A DNA stretch of 64,000 nt, taken from positions 1,632,001-1,696,000 of the forward strand of contig CBDFLJ010000002.1 of the NCBI GenBank assembly GCA_965248835.1, given 5' to 3'. The stretch's first letter is position 1. Every line of letters begins with the position of its first letter. This DNA is from Alphaproteobacteria bacterium. GTDB taxonomy: Bacteria > Pseudomonadota > Alphaproteobacteria > MPNO01. Under the pieces are notes generated by a model. That model searched no databases. It saw only the letters and a list, made by a program, of their open reading frames with translations, and was not told the DNA's origin. The position numbers and the translations under genes are program-made. Shown in pieces: positions 56,354 through 64,000 of this stretch.

Positions 56354-57637
56354 TCACTGCAGCAATCGCGGTATGGTGAGCGTGACCGCAGGGATGTAGG
56401 TGACCACCAGAAGGACTGCGATCTCGACCAGAAGCATCGGCCAGATCGCCTTGGCGATCGCCTCGACCCTGAGCCCCGAGATGGCCGCCCCGATGAACAG
56501 GTTGATCCCGAACGGCGGGGTGAGGAAGCCGATCGCCAAGTTGATCACGATGATCGCGCCCAGATGGACCGGATCAAGCCCGAGCTGCCTGCCGATGGCG
56601 ATCAGCACGGTCGCCAGGATCACCATCGCCGAGATCGTGTCCATGAACGCGCCGATGATCAGCAGCAACAGGTTGAGCATCAGCAGCACCACCACGGGAT
56701 CGTCGGAGACCGCGAACAGCAGTCCCGTCACCTCGCGCGGCAGGTCCTCGAGCGCGATCAGGAAGCCGAAGCACAGCGCCGTGGTCAGGATGAACACGGC
56801 GATCGCGGTCGTCCGCATCGACTTCAGCAGGATCGCCGGCAGATCCGACAGTTTCATCTCGCGATGGACGAAGACGCCGATCACCAGGCTGTAGGCGACC
56901 GCGACCGCACCGGCCTCGGTCGGGGTGAACACGCCGCCGTAGATCCCGCCCAGAATGATCAGCGGCGTCAGCAGCGCCCACTTGCCCGCGGCGAGCGCCG
57001 CCAGCAGCTCGCGTCCGCTCGCGCGATGCTCATCGCTCAGCACCCCGTGGGCGCGCGCGACCCAGTAGCACACGATCATCAGCCCGGCCGAGGTCAAAAG
57101 GCCTGGAATCACGCCGGCGAAGAACAGGTCGGTGATCGAGGTCTCGGAGATCACGCCCCAGATCACCATCGGGATCGAGGGCGGGATCATCTGCCCCAGC
57201 GGGCCTGCCGAGGCCGCAAGCGCGGTCGAGAAGTCGCGCCGGTAGCCGCGCTTTTCCATCTCCGGGATCATGATGCCGCCGATCGCCGCCGTGGTCGCGG
57301 GCGAAGACCCGGAAAGCGCGGCGAAGAACGTCGCCGACAGCACCGTCACCATGCCGAGCCCGCCGGTAAGATGGCGGACCAGGACCCGGGCGACGTCGAT
57401 CAGCCGCGAAGCGAGCCCGCCGGTCTGCATGATGTCGCCGGCCAGGATGAAGCACGGCACGGCCAGCAGGCTGAAGATGGTCGAGCCCTGGATCATCTTC
57501 TGGCTCAGGATCACGATGTCGACGTCGGCGAGCACCAACGCGGCGAGCGAGGCGATGCCGATGGCGAACACGATCGGCACGCCCAGGATGAATAGCGCGC
57601 CGGTGCCCAGCGTCAGGACCCAGGCGGCCTCGCTCAC
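56354..57637 (-). CDS. TRAP large permease (DctM)
   Basis: LLAVPCFILAG, FAALSGSS, MIPPSIP, GVFTPTEAG and GFLTPPFG motifs. GTGA overlap with dctQ. Confidence 0.95.
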   Translation of the reverse strand: MSEAAWVLTLGTGALFILGVPIVFAIGIASLAALVLADVDIVILSQKMIQGSTIFSLLAVPCFILAGDIMQTGGLASRLIDVARVLVRHLTGGLGMVTVLSATFFAALSGSSPATTAAIGGIMIPEMEKRGYRRDFSTALAASAGPLGQMIPPSIPMVIWGVISETSITDLFFAGVIPGLLTSAGLMIVCYWVARAHGVLSDEHRASGRELLAALAAGKWALLTPLIILGGIYGGVFTPTEAGAVAVAYSLVIGVFVHREMKLSDLPAILLKSMRTTAIAVFILTTALCFGFLIALEDLPREVTGLLFAVSDDPVVVLLMLNLLLLIIGAFMDTISAMVILATVLIAIGRQLGLDPVHLGAIIVINLAIGFLTPPFGINLFIGAAISGLRVEAIAKAIWPMLLVEIAVLLVVTYIPAVTLTIPRLLQ

Positions 57638-58110
57638 GAGGGCTCCGCCCTGCGCAGCAGCCTGGCTCCGGCATGAAGGACGATGAGGACCCCGCACACC
57701 GGTGCGGCCAGGTGAAGCGCCTCGATCGGAAAGCCGATCGCGGCCGAGATCACGCCGAGCGTCCCCTTGACATAGTCATACCCGGAGATGGTCAGCAGGA
57801 CCCCGAAGGCGAGGATCGCCGCCAGCGTCGCCCGCTCGATCCGCAGCCGCGCCGCGCCCGAGACGCGGTCGAGCAGCAGGCTGAGGCGCACGTGGTAGTC
57901 CTCGCGCACGCCGAGGCTTCCCATCAGCATGATGATCCAGGCGAACATCAGGACCGCCAGCTCCTCGGTCCAGGTCAAGGGGCTTGCCAGCGCGTAGCGA
58001 AAGAAGATCTGCAGCAGCAGGCAGGCGACCATCACCGTCGCCATGATCACCGCAAGGCCCTGGGTCAGCCGCGCAAGAAGATGCGAGACGGACTCGATCA
58101 GGCGAATCAT
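57634..58110 (-). CDS. TRAP small permease (DctQ)
   Basis: QIFFRY...PLTWTEELA...W...G...G...H motif. Confidence 0.93.
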   Translation of the reverse strand: MIRLIESVSHLLARLTQGLAVIMATVMVACLLLQIFFRYALASPLTWTEELAVLMFAWIIMLMGSLGVREDYHVRLSLLLDRVSGAARLRIERATLAAILAFGVLLTISGYDYVKGTLGVISAAIGFPIEALHLAAPVCGVLIVLHAGARLLRRAEPS

Positions 58111-58134
58111 GGCCGCCCGGCGCCGGGGCCTCGG

Positions 58135-59139
58135 CTACTTCTTGACCTCGGCAAGCAGCTTGTCGACCAGGACTCCGCCGATGCGGCCGCGGAACTGGTC
58201 GTAGACCGGCTTGACCATGGAGCGGAATGCGCCCAGATCCTCGACCGCATTGACCGCCATGCCGCGACTCTTGAGCCCGTCGAGGGCCGCAGACTCGCGC
58301 TTGGCGTTGTTGGCGCGCTGGACCTTGTTGGCCATCAGGGCGGCCTTGCGGAAGGCCTGCTGCAGGTCCTTGTCGAGCTTCTTGAAGCGCCGCTTGGACA
58401 TCGTCATGACCAGCGCCGAATAGGTGTGCGAGGTCAGCGACAGGTACTTGGTCACCTCGTTCGCCTTGACGGCGAAGCCTGCGGTGATGGGCAGCTCCAT
58501 GCCGTCGACCGTGCCCTGGCGCAGCGCGGTGAACAGATCGCCGAAGGCCATCGGGATCGCATTGCCGCCCAGCGAGTTGAACATTCCGATGAAGACCGGG
58601 TTCTGCATCACCCGGTACTTCACGCCCTTGACGTCGGCAGGCGTCATCACCGGATGGGCGTTGTTCATCATGTGGCGGAAGCCGCCCTCGAAGAACGCCA
58701 GCCCGATCAGGTTCTTGCTCTCCAACCTGGCAAGCATGTCCTGGCCGATCGGACCGTCGAGCACCCGGTGCGCGGTCGGCGCATCGGGGTAGAGGAACGG
58801 CAGGTCGTTGGCCAGGAGGCTGGATTCGACATTGGCGACGACCGCGTTGGTGGTGATGTCCATGTCGAGCGTGCCGAAGCGGACCTGCTCGAGCATCTCT
58901 TTTTCGTCGCCGAGCTGGCGGTTGGGATAGACCTTTACCTTGAACTGGCCGGGCAGCAGCTTCTCCAGCGCCAGCGTGAACTGGTGGGGGCCATCCGCAT
59001 ACGGCCCGCGTTTCGGATCAGGCTGGGAAGGCTGGCCGAACCGGAGCGACATCGGTGCCGCTGCAACGCTGCCGGCCAGGAGCGCCGCCGCCGCAGTGAG
59101 CAGAGCGGTGCGCGAGAACGATACGATCGAAGACGCCAT
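58135..59139 (-). CDS. TRAP substrate-binding protein (DctP)
   Basis: Signal peptide, YPNRQLGDEKEM, DLPFL, GFRH, KGVKYRVM (conserved Arg) and ALRQGTVDG.E motifs. Confidence 0.93.
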   Translation of the reverse strand: MASSIVSFSRTALLTAAAALLAGSVAAAPMSLRFGQPSQPDPKRGPYADGPHQFTLALEKLLPGQFKVKVYPNRQLGDEKEMLEQVRFGTLDMDITTNAVVANVESSLLANDLPFLYPDAPTAHRVLDGPIGQDMLARLESKNLIGLAFFEGGFRHMMNNAHPVMTPADVKGVKYRVMQNPVFIGMFNSLGGNAIPMAFGDLFTALRQGTVDGMELPITAGFAVKANEVTKYLSLTSHTYSALVMTMSKRRFKKLDKDLQQAFRKAALMANKVQRANNAKRESAALDGLKSRGMAVNAVEDLGAFRSMVKPVYDQFRGRIGGVLVDKLLAEVKK

Positions 59140-59204
59140 CTTGTTTCCCTCCCATGGTTGGTCTCGTTCGCCCAGGTTAGCTGGGCGGGCGCAACGCGCA
59201 GGAT

Positions 59205-60071
59205 TTACGCAAAACCGAAGAGCGCGGCCGGGTTGTCGACCAGCATGGCGTGCAGCGCCCGGTCCTCGACACCCCAGCCCGTGAGCCACTCCAGGAGCGC
59301 CGCGTCCTCTGGGACCGGCTGGTCCCAATGCCCGACATGCGGCCAGTCGGTCGCCCACAGCATGCGGTCCGGCCGCGTTTCGATCAGCGCCTTGGCAAGC
59401 GGCACCATGTCCGCGTAGGGCGGTCCCGAGGCACTCAGCCTGTCGGGGCAGGAGAGCTTCACCCAGGTCCGGCCGGCCGCGACCAGATCAAGGAGTGCGG
59501 CAAAGCCCGGGTGGTCGATGCCCTGCGCACCCCCGAAATGGGCGAAATGGTCGAGCACCAGGTCGATGTCGAGCGCTTTGAGCGGCGGCGCCATGCTTTC
59601 CATCTGACGAGGCCCGTCGATGAACAGGTCGATGTGCCAGCCCAGCCTTGCCGCGCGCGGTGCGAAGGCCTGAATGATCGGCATCGGATCGCCGCCCAGA
59701 AGCACCGGCGCAAAGCGCACGCCGCGATAGCCGAGGCCGTCGAGCGCTATCAGCGCCTCGTCGTCGATCGCCGGGTCGATCACCGCGACCGCGCGGGCCC
59801 GCGGGCCGAGGCGGTTCAGCGCATCGTTTGTGGCAGCGAGGTCGGTGGCATAGCAACTCGGCTGGACGATCACCACGCGCTCGATGCCCAACGCCTCCTG
59901 CAGGTCGATATAGGCCTCCAGCGGCGACTCGGGAGCGGTATAGAACCGGCCCTCGTGGAGCGGGAACCGGTCGTAGGGCCCGACGATGTGGGCGTGCGTA
60001 TCGCAGGTCCCCGACGGCGCCGGGGTGCCGGCCCGCCGCGGCGGCAAGGGTCCGGGACAGGGTCTGGTCAT
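59205..60071 (-). CDS. Amidohydrolase, 2-pyrone-4,6-dicarboxylate lactonase (LigI)-like
   Basis: CDTHAH, VQPS.Y.TD, GVRF, LDHF, WVKLS and WATDWPH motifs. Confidence 0.85.
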   Translation of the reverse strand: MTRPCPGPLPPRRAGTPAPSGTCDTHAHIVGPYDRFPLHEGRFYTAPESPLEAYIDLQEALGIERVVIVQPSCYATDLAATNDALNRLGPRARAVAVIDPAIDDEALIALDGLGYRGVRFAPVLLGGDPMPIIQAFAPRAARLGWHIDLFIDGPRQMESMAPPLKALDIDLVLDHFAHFGGAQGIDHPGFAALLDLVAAGRTWVKLSCPDRLSASGPPYADMVPLAKALIETRPDRMLWATDWPHVGHWDQPVPEDAALLEWLTGWGVEDRALHAMLVDNPAALFGFA

Positions 60072-60243
60072 CGCCGTCCCCTTCGTGCCTTTTCTTCGGC
60101 CCAAGCGCCGGCCGAGGACTCGATAGATTGTCGCACCGCGCCCTGTGCGCCGCAACCGCACCCCGCGCGCTTGCTCCGCCGGCTTTGTCGCCTCGGATCG
60201 GCTGTGCTAGAGGACGGGCGGCGCGGACAGCGGAGAACGACAG

Positions 60244-61407
60244 GTGAAGGTCGGCAACAGCATTCTTTCGGGCTATGGCACGACGGTGTTCGAGGTCATG
60301 TCGCGGCTTGCCCAGGAGCATGACTCGATCAATCTCGGCCAGGGCTTTCCCGACGGCAACGGGCCGGCCGACGTGGTTGCCGCGGCCTCGGACTACCTGG
60401 AGAACGGGGTCAACCAATACCCTTCGATGATGGGTATCCCGCCCTTGCGCCAGGCGGTCGCGGCGCACGCCAAGCGGTTCTACGACCTCGACGTCGACTG
60501 GCAGCGCGAGGTGATGGTCACCTCGGGCGGGACCGAGGCGCTGGCGAGCGCGCTGTTCGGGCTGATCGAGCCGGCCGACGAGGTGGTGCTGATAGAGCCG
60601 CTTTACGACTCCTACCTGCCCATCGTCCGCCGTGCCGGCGCGGTCCCGCGGCTGGTCCGGCTCGAGCCGCCGCACTGGACCCTGCCGCTCGATGCCCTGG
60701 AGGAGGCGTTCTGCGAGCGCACCAAGCTCATCCTGCTCAACTCCCCGATGAACCCCTGCGCCAAGGTGTTCTCCCGCGGCGAGCTCGAGGCCGTGGCCGA
60801 TCTATGCCGGACCCACGACGCGTTTGCGGTCTGCGATGAGGTCTACGAGCATTTGGCCTTCGACGGCCGGCCGCATATCCCGATGATCACGCTGGAGGGC
60901 ATGCGCGAGCGCACGGTGCGGATCGCCTCGGCCGGCAAGATCTTCTCGCTGACCGGCTGGAAGGTCGGGCTGGTGACCGCATCGCCCGAGCTGCTGACCC
61001 CGATCGCCAAGGCGCACCAGTATCTGACGTTCACCACCCCGCCCAACCTGCAGGCGGCGGTGGCCTATGGGCTAGGCAAGGACGATGCCTATTTCGCGGG
61101 CCTGAACGCGGACATGCAGGCCCGACGAGACCGGCTGGCGGCGGGGCTCGCCGAGGTCGGTTTCGGGGTCGTGCACTGCGAGGGCACCTATTTCATCACC
61201 ACCGATTTCCGCCCGCTCGGCTTCAACGACGACGATGTCGCCTTCTGCCGCCACCTCACCACCGAGGCGCGGGTGACCGCAGTGCCGGTGAGCGCGTTCT
61301 ACCAGGAGGCCGATCTCGACCATTTCGCCCGGTTCTCCTTCTGCAAGGATATTGCCACCCTGGACGCGGCGATCGCCCGCCTGAAGGCGCATTTCGGCCG
61401 CGCCTGA
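60244..61407 (+). CDS. Class I PLP aminotransferase (YbdL/kynurenine aminotransferase-like)
   Basis: NLGQGFPD, NQY, NSPMNP, DEVYEHL and SAGKIFSLTGWKVG motifs. GGAG RBS with GTG start. Confidence 0.92.
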   Translation: MKVGNSILSGYGTTVFEVMSRLAQEHDSINLGQGFPDGNGPADVVAAASDYLENGVNQYPSMMGIPPLRQAVAAHAKRFYDLDVDWQREVMVTSGGTEALASALFGLIEPADEVVLIEPLYDSYLPIVRRAGAVPRLVRLEPPHWTLPLDALEEAFCERTKLILLNSPMNPCAKVFSRGELEAVADLCRTHDAFAVCDEVYEHLAFDGRPHIPMITLEGMRERTVRIASAGKIFSLTGWKVGLVTASPELLTPIAKAHQYLTFTTPPNLQAAVAYGLGKDDAYFAGLNADMQARRDRLAAGLAEVGFGVVHCEGTYFITTDFRPLGFNDDDVAFCRHLTTEARVTAVPVSAFYQEADLDHFARFSFCKDIATLDAAIARLKAHFGRA

Positions 61408-61423
61408 ACCACACGGGCCGGGC

Positions 61424-61453
61424 TTGACGCCGCATCGAACGCGGCGCTAGACA
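61424..61453 (+). promoter_or_regulatory. Putative tRNA-His promoter
   Basis: TTGACG-N18-TAGACA ending 11 nt before the tRNA. Confidence 0.5.
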
Positions 61454-61464
61454 ATGCGCCCCGT

Positions 61465-61542
61465 GGTGGCTGTAGCTCAGTCGGTTAGAGCGCCGGGTTG
61501 TGGTCCCGGAGGTCGGGGGTTCGAATCCCCTCAGCCACCCCA
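61465..61542 (+). tRNA. tRNA-His (GTG) with encoded G-1 and C73
   Basis: G-GTGGCTG...CAGCCAC-C-CCA acceptor, anticodon arm CCGGG-TTGTGGT-CCCGG, GGTTCGAATCC T arm. Confidence 0.95.
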
Positions 61543-61575
61543 ACGCCCGCATGGAGCAGCCGGGCCGTTGGGCCG

Positions 61576-61995
61576 CTAGCGGTCCAAGGTGCTGTAGCAG
61601 CCGCGGCCGACGGCAATCGGCTTGCCTTCGGCATCGGCGATCGCGATATCGACGACGCCGACGCTGCGGCCGGCACGCACCACCCGTGCGGTCGCGATGA
61701 GGTCCGTGTCGACCGCCATGCTCAGGTAATCGACGCGCAGATTGATGGTCGGGACGGGCCGACCGAGCAGCATGATCAAGGCGAAGTCACCGACGATGTC
61801 GATGACTGCCGCAGTCACGCCGCCGTGGACCTGACCTGAGCCCGGCAAACGCTCGAACCCGGGCTTGAAAGGCAGGCGCAGCACGATCTCCCGCTTCTCG
61901 GTGTCGGTCGAGACCAGCTCGAGCCCGAGAAAACTCTGAAACGCGCCCGCGGCCAACTGCGCGCGTAACGCGTCCTCGTCGGCGGCGCGCGTCAT
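61576..61995 (-). CDS. PaaI-family hotdog thioesterase
   Basis: VHGGVTAAVID, PTINLRVDYL and RAGRSV motifs. Confidence 0.9.
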   Translation of the reverse strand: MTRAADEDALRAQLAAGAFQSFLGLELVSTDTEKREIVLRLPFKPGFERLPGSGQVHGGVTAAVIDIVGDFALIMLLGRPVPTINLRVDYLSMAVDTDLIATARVVRAGRSVGVVDIAIADAEGKPIAVGRGCYSTLDR

Positions 61996-62170
61996 CGCCG
62001 GATGTCCTCGGCGCCCATACAGGGATCCTAACCGCCGTTGGCGTCAGACACCACATCCGGCGCCTCTGTGCCCGTTTCGGCTTTGCGCCGGGCGATGGCG
62101 AGCGGATTATCCTGGCCGACCACGGCGTGCTAGGCTGCCCGCACAAGGACCGGTTGCGGAGCGATGGCCG

Positions 62171-63019
62171 ATGACGGGGGCGATCACGGGAATCGACCAC
62201 TGCGTGATCCTGGTGCGCGACCTCGATGCGGCCCGCGAGCGCATCGCCGCCCTCGGGTTCACGCTAACGCCCCGGGGCGTTCATAGCGATCACATGGGAA
62301 CCGCCAACCACTGCATCATGTTGCGCCGGGCCTATTTCGAGGTGCTGGCAGTGCTCAAGCCGACCGCGTTCAACGAACGCTGGCGCGGGCGATTGGCGGC
62401 GCGCGAGGGGCTCGACGCGGTGCCGGTCGCGAGTGCGGATGTCGATGCCGCACGGGCCGAGCTTGTTGCACGGGGCCTCGCGCTGCCTGACCCGATCGAT
62501 TTCTCGCGCCCCGTCGATCTGCCCGAAGGGCCGAGCGAGGCCGCCTTCCGCATCGTGCTGCTTGCCGAGTCGCAGACGCCCGGAGCGACGATGTTCGTCT
62601 GCCAGCACCTCACGCGCGAGGTGGTTTGGCGTCCCGACTGCCTCGATCACGCCAACGGCGCGCAGGGCGTGCGCGGGGTGACCGCGGTGCACGAGCGCCC
62701 GGCGGAGGTGGCGCCGGCCTACGAGAAGATCTTCGGTGCCGCGGCGGTGACTGCGCGCCGCGATGCGACGAGGATCGACACCGGCGCGGGTGAGATCGCC
62801 TTCCTTACCCCCGCCGGCTACGCCGAGCGTTTCCCCGGCGTCGCCGCCGATCCGGCGGCGGTCCCGCCCTATCTCGCCGCGCTCAGCATCGATGTCGAGG
62901 ACCGCGCCGCCACGGCTTCCTGCCTCCGGGAACGCGGGGTGCCGCACAGCGTGCTCGCCGGCGGCAGCCTGTGCGTCGCCCCGGCCGAGGCCTGCGGCAC
63001 GTTGTTCGAGTTCGTCTGA
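62171..63019 (+). CDS. VOC/glyoxalase-like domain protein
   Basis: IDHCVILVRDL, GFTLTPRG.H..MGTAN, FVCQH and HANGA motifs. Confidence 0.88.
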   Translation: MTGAITGIDHCVILVRDLDAARERIAALGFTLTPRGVHSDHMGTANHCIMLRRAYFEVLAVLKPTAFNERWRGRLAAREGLDAVPVASADVDAARAELVARGLALPDPIDFSRPVDLPEGPSEAAFRIVLLAESQTPGATMFVCQHLTREVVWRPDCLDHANGAQGVRGVTAVHERPAEVAPAYEKIFGAAAVTARRDATRIDTGAGEIAFLTPAGYAERFPGVAADPAAVPPYLAALSIDVEDRAATASCLRERGVPHSVLAGGSLCVAPAEACGTLFEFV

Positions 63020-63058
63020 GCGCGGCCGAACCGTCCTTCGCCCGCCTCCGCGCCTCTT

Positions 63059-64000
63059 TCAGGTCTTGGACGTCGAGAATGTCGCCGGGTGGAAAATATC
63101 CTCGATCGACAGCGCGCGGGCCAGCAGCCCCTGCTCCCAGGAATAGCGCATCAGGGTCTCGATCTCGTGCCGGCATCCATCGATGCCGTACCGCCAGTAG
63201 TCCTCGCCCATGAAACCCTGCACCCGCTCCTGGAAGACATCGATCCACGGCAGGGACACGTTCAAGGCGGCGACCTCCGGAATTTCCGCCATGGCGACCG
63301 CCTTGGCTTCGGTGAACGCCTTCAGGAGGCTCCCGGGCAGCCAATTGTGCCTGTCCACGACATCCTTGCGGATCCCGACCAGATGCATGATCGGGAAGAT
63401 CTTCGTGCGCCGGTAATAGTCACGTTCGACCGCCATATAATCGGGCCACAATCGGCCGACATTCGGCTTGCGCTCCAGCCATACCGAAGGGGCTCTGGCG
63501 GTCATGAAGGCGTCGATCTCGCCGGAAAGCATCATCTCGGACAGATAGCGGTCCTCGGGGATCGGCGTGACGTCGACGCCGTTGTCCAGGCAAAGCGGCG
63601 TCCTTTCGTCGCGGCCGGGTTCTTCCTGCCCGCCGGTGCGCCAATGGATGTCGCTGTCCTTGACGCCATGCTCCTCGGCGAGGATGCCGCGCATCCAGAC
63701 ATTGGCCGTCTGCTGGTATTCGGGAACCCCGACGATCTTCCCTTTGAGGTCTTCGGGATTTTCGATGCCCCGGTCGGTGCGGATGTAGACCGCCGAGTGC
63801 CGAAACATCCGCGACGGGAAGACGGGGATCGCGACATAGGGGCAGATGCGGCGCGTCGTCAACATCATGTAGCTGTTAAAGGACAGCTCGGCGACATCGA
63901 ACTCGGCGTAGCGGAGCGCCCGAAAAAAGAGCTCTTCCGGACCCATCGGAATGAAGGTGACATCGCATCCGTCCACCCGGACGCGCTTGTCCTTGATCGC
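63059..64000 (-). CDS. 4,5-dihydroxyphthalate-decarboxylase-like binding-protein-fold enzyme (5' end outside the window)
   Basis: EELFFR....EFDVAELS, IPVFPSR.FRHS, GVPEYQQTA.VW.RG and FPIMH motifs. The reading frame stays open to the window edge. Confidence 0.85.
   Translation of the reverse strand, partial: AIKDKRVRVDGCDVTFIPMGPEELFFRALRYAEFDVAELSFNSYMMLTTRRICPYVAIPVFPSRMFRHSAVYIRTDRGIENPEDLKGKIVGVPEYQQTANVWMRGILAEEHGVKDSDIHWRTGGQEEPGRDERTPLCLDNGVDVTPIPEDRYLSEMMLSGEIDAFMTARAPSVWLERKPNVGRLWPDYMAVERDYYRRTKIFPIMHLVGIRKDVVDRHNWLPGSLLKAFTEAKAVAMAEIPEVAALNVSLPWIDVFQERVQGFMGEDYWRYGIDGCRHEIETLMRYSWEQGLLARALSIEDIFHPATFSTSKT

Noticed and set aside
1054-60675. Many long antisense or alternate-frame ORFs (e.g. 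2494-4359, 4632-6401, 9078-11336, 21196-23151, 38327-40153, 57673-59418)
   Set aside because: They are Arg/Gly/Pro/Ala-rich shadows of motif-bearing genes, expected in high-GC DNA, and contain no recognisable domains.
26556-61542. tRNAs as integration sites for a genomic island or prophage
   Set aside because: I saw no integrase, transposase or phage gene, no duplicated tRNA 3' end, and no obvious compositional shift.
1-64000. CRISPR arrays, tandem repeats, IS elements, rRNA or defence systems
   Set aside because: None was seen on reading either strand. Intergenic gaps are too short for arrays, and no cas, transposase or nuclease motifs were found.

Overview
High-GC, gene-dense chromosomal segment, probably from an alphaproteobacterium. 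Its tRNA-His keeps G-1/C73, which points away from Rhizobiales, Rhodobacterales and Caulobacterales. The window holds about 58 CDS and three tRNAs (Met-CAT, Thr-GGT, His-GTG). Apart from cysK, mnmA and an aminotransferase, almost every gene is catabolic or transport: three TRAP permease loci with three DctP binding proteins, one ABC importer with no binding protein, four Rieske oxygenases, two hydantoinase/oxoprolinase A+B pairs (one with an acetone-carboxylase-gamma-like subunit), and several amidohydrolases, cysteine hydrolases, VOC proteins and flavin-, ThDP- and Fe-dependent enzymes. I found no transcriptional regulator, ferredoxin/reductase, UbiX, mobile element or CRISPR. The best candidates for undescribed biochemistry are: (1) a UbiD of the phthaloyl-CoA-decarboxylase type coupled to a CoA ligase; (2) an adjacent heme-oxygenase-like diiron enzyme lacking the CADD self-sacrificing residues, paired with an amidohydrolase; (3) a divergent methanesulfonate-monooxygenase-like alpha/beta pair; (4) a TdnQ-like gamma-glutamyl ligase coupled to a phthalate-family Rieske oxygenase; (5) a signal-less binding-protein-fold protein; (6) a DctQ with about four extra N-terminal membrane helices. 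All family calls come from reading motifs and from remembered reference sequences; no database search was run. Many start codons were moved downstream of the ORF-track starts using RBS position and gene overlaps.
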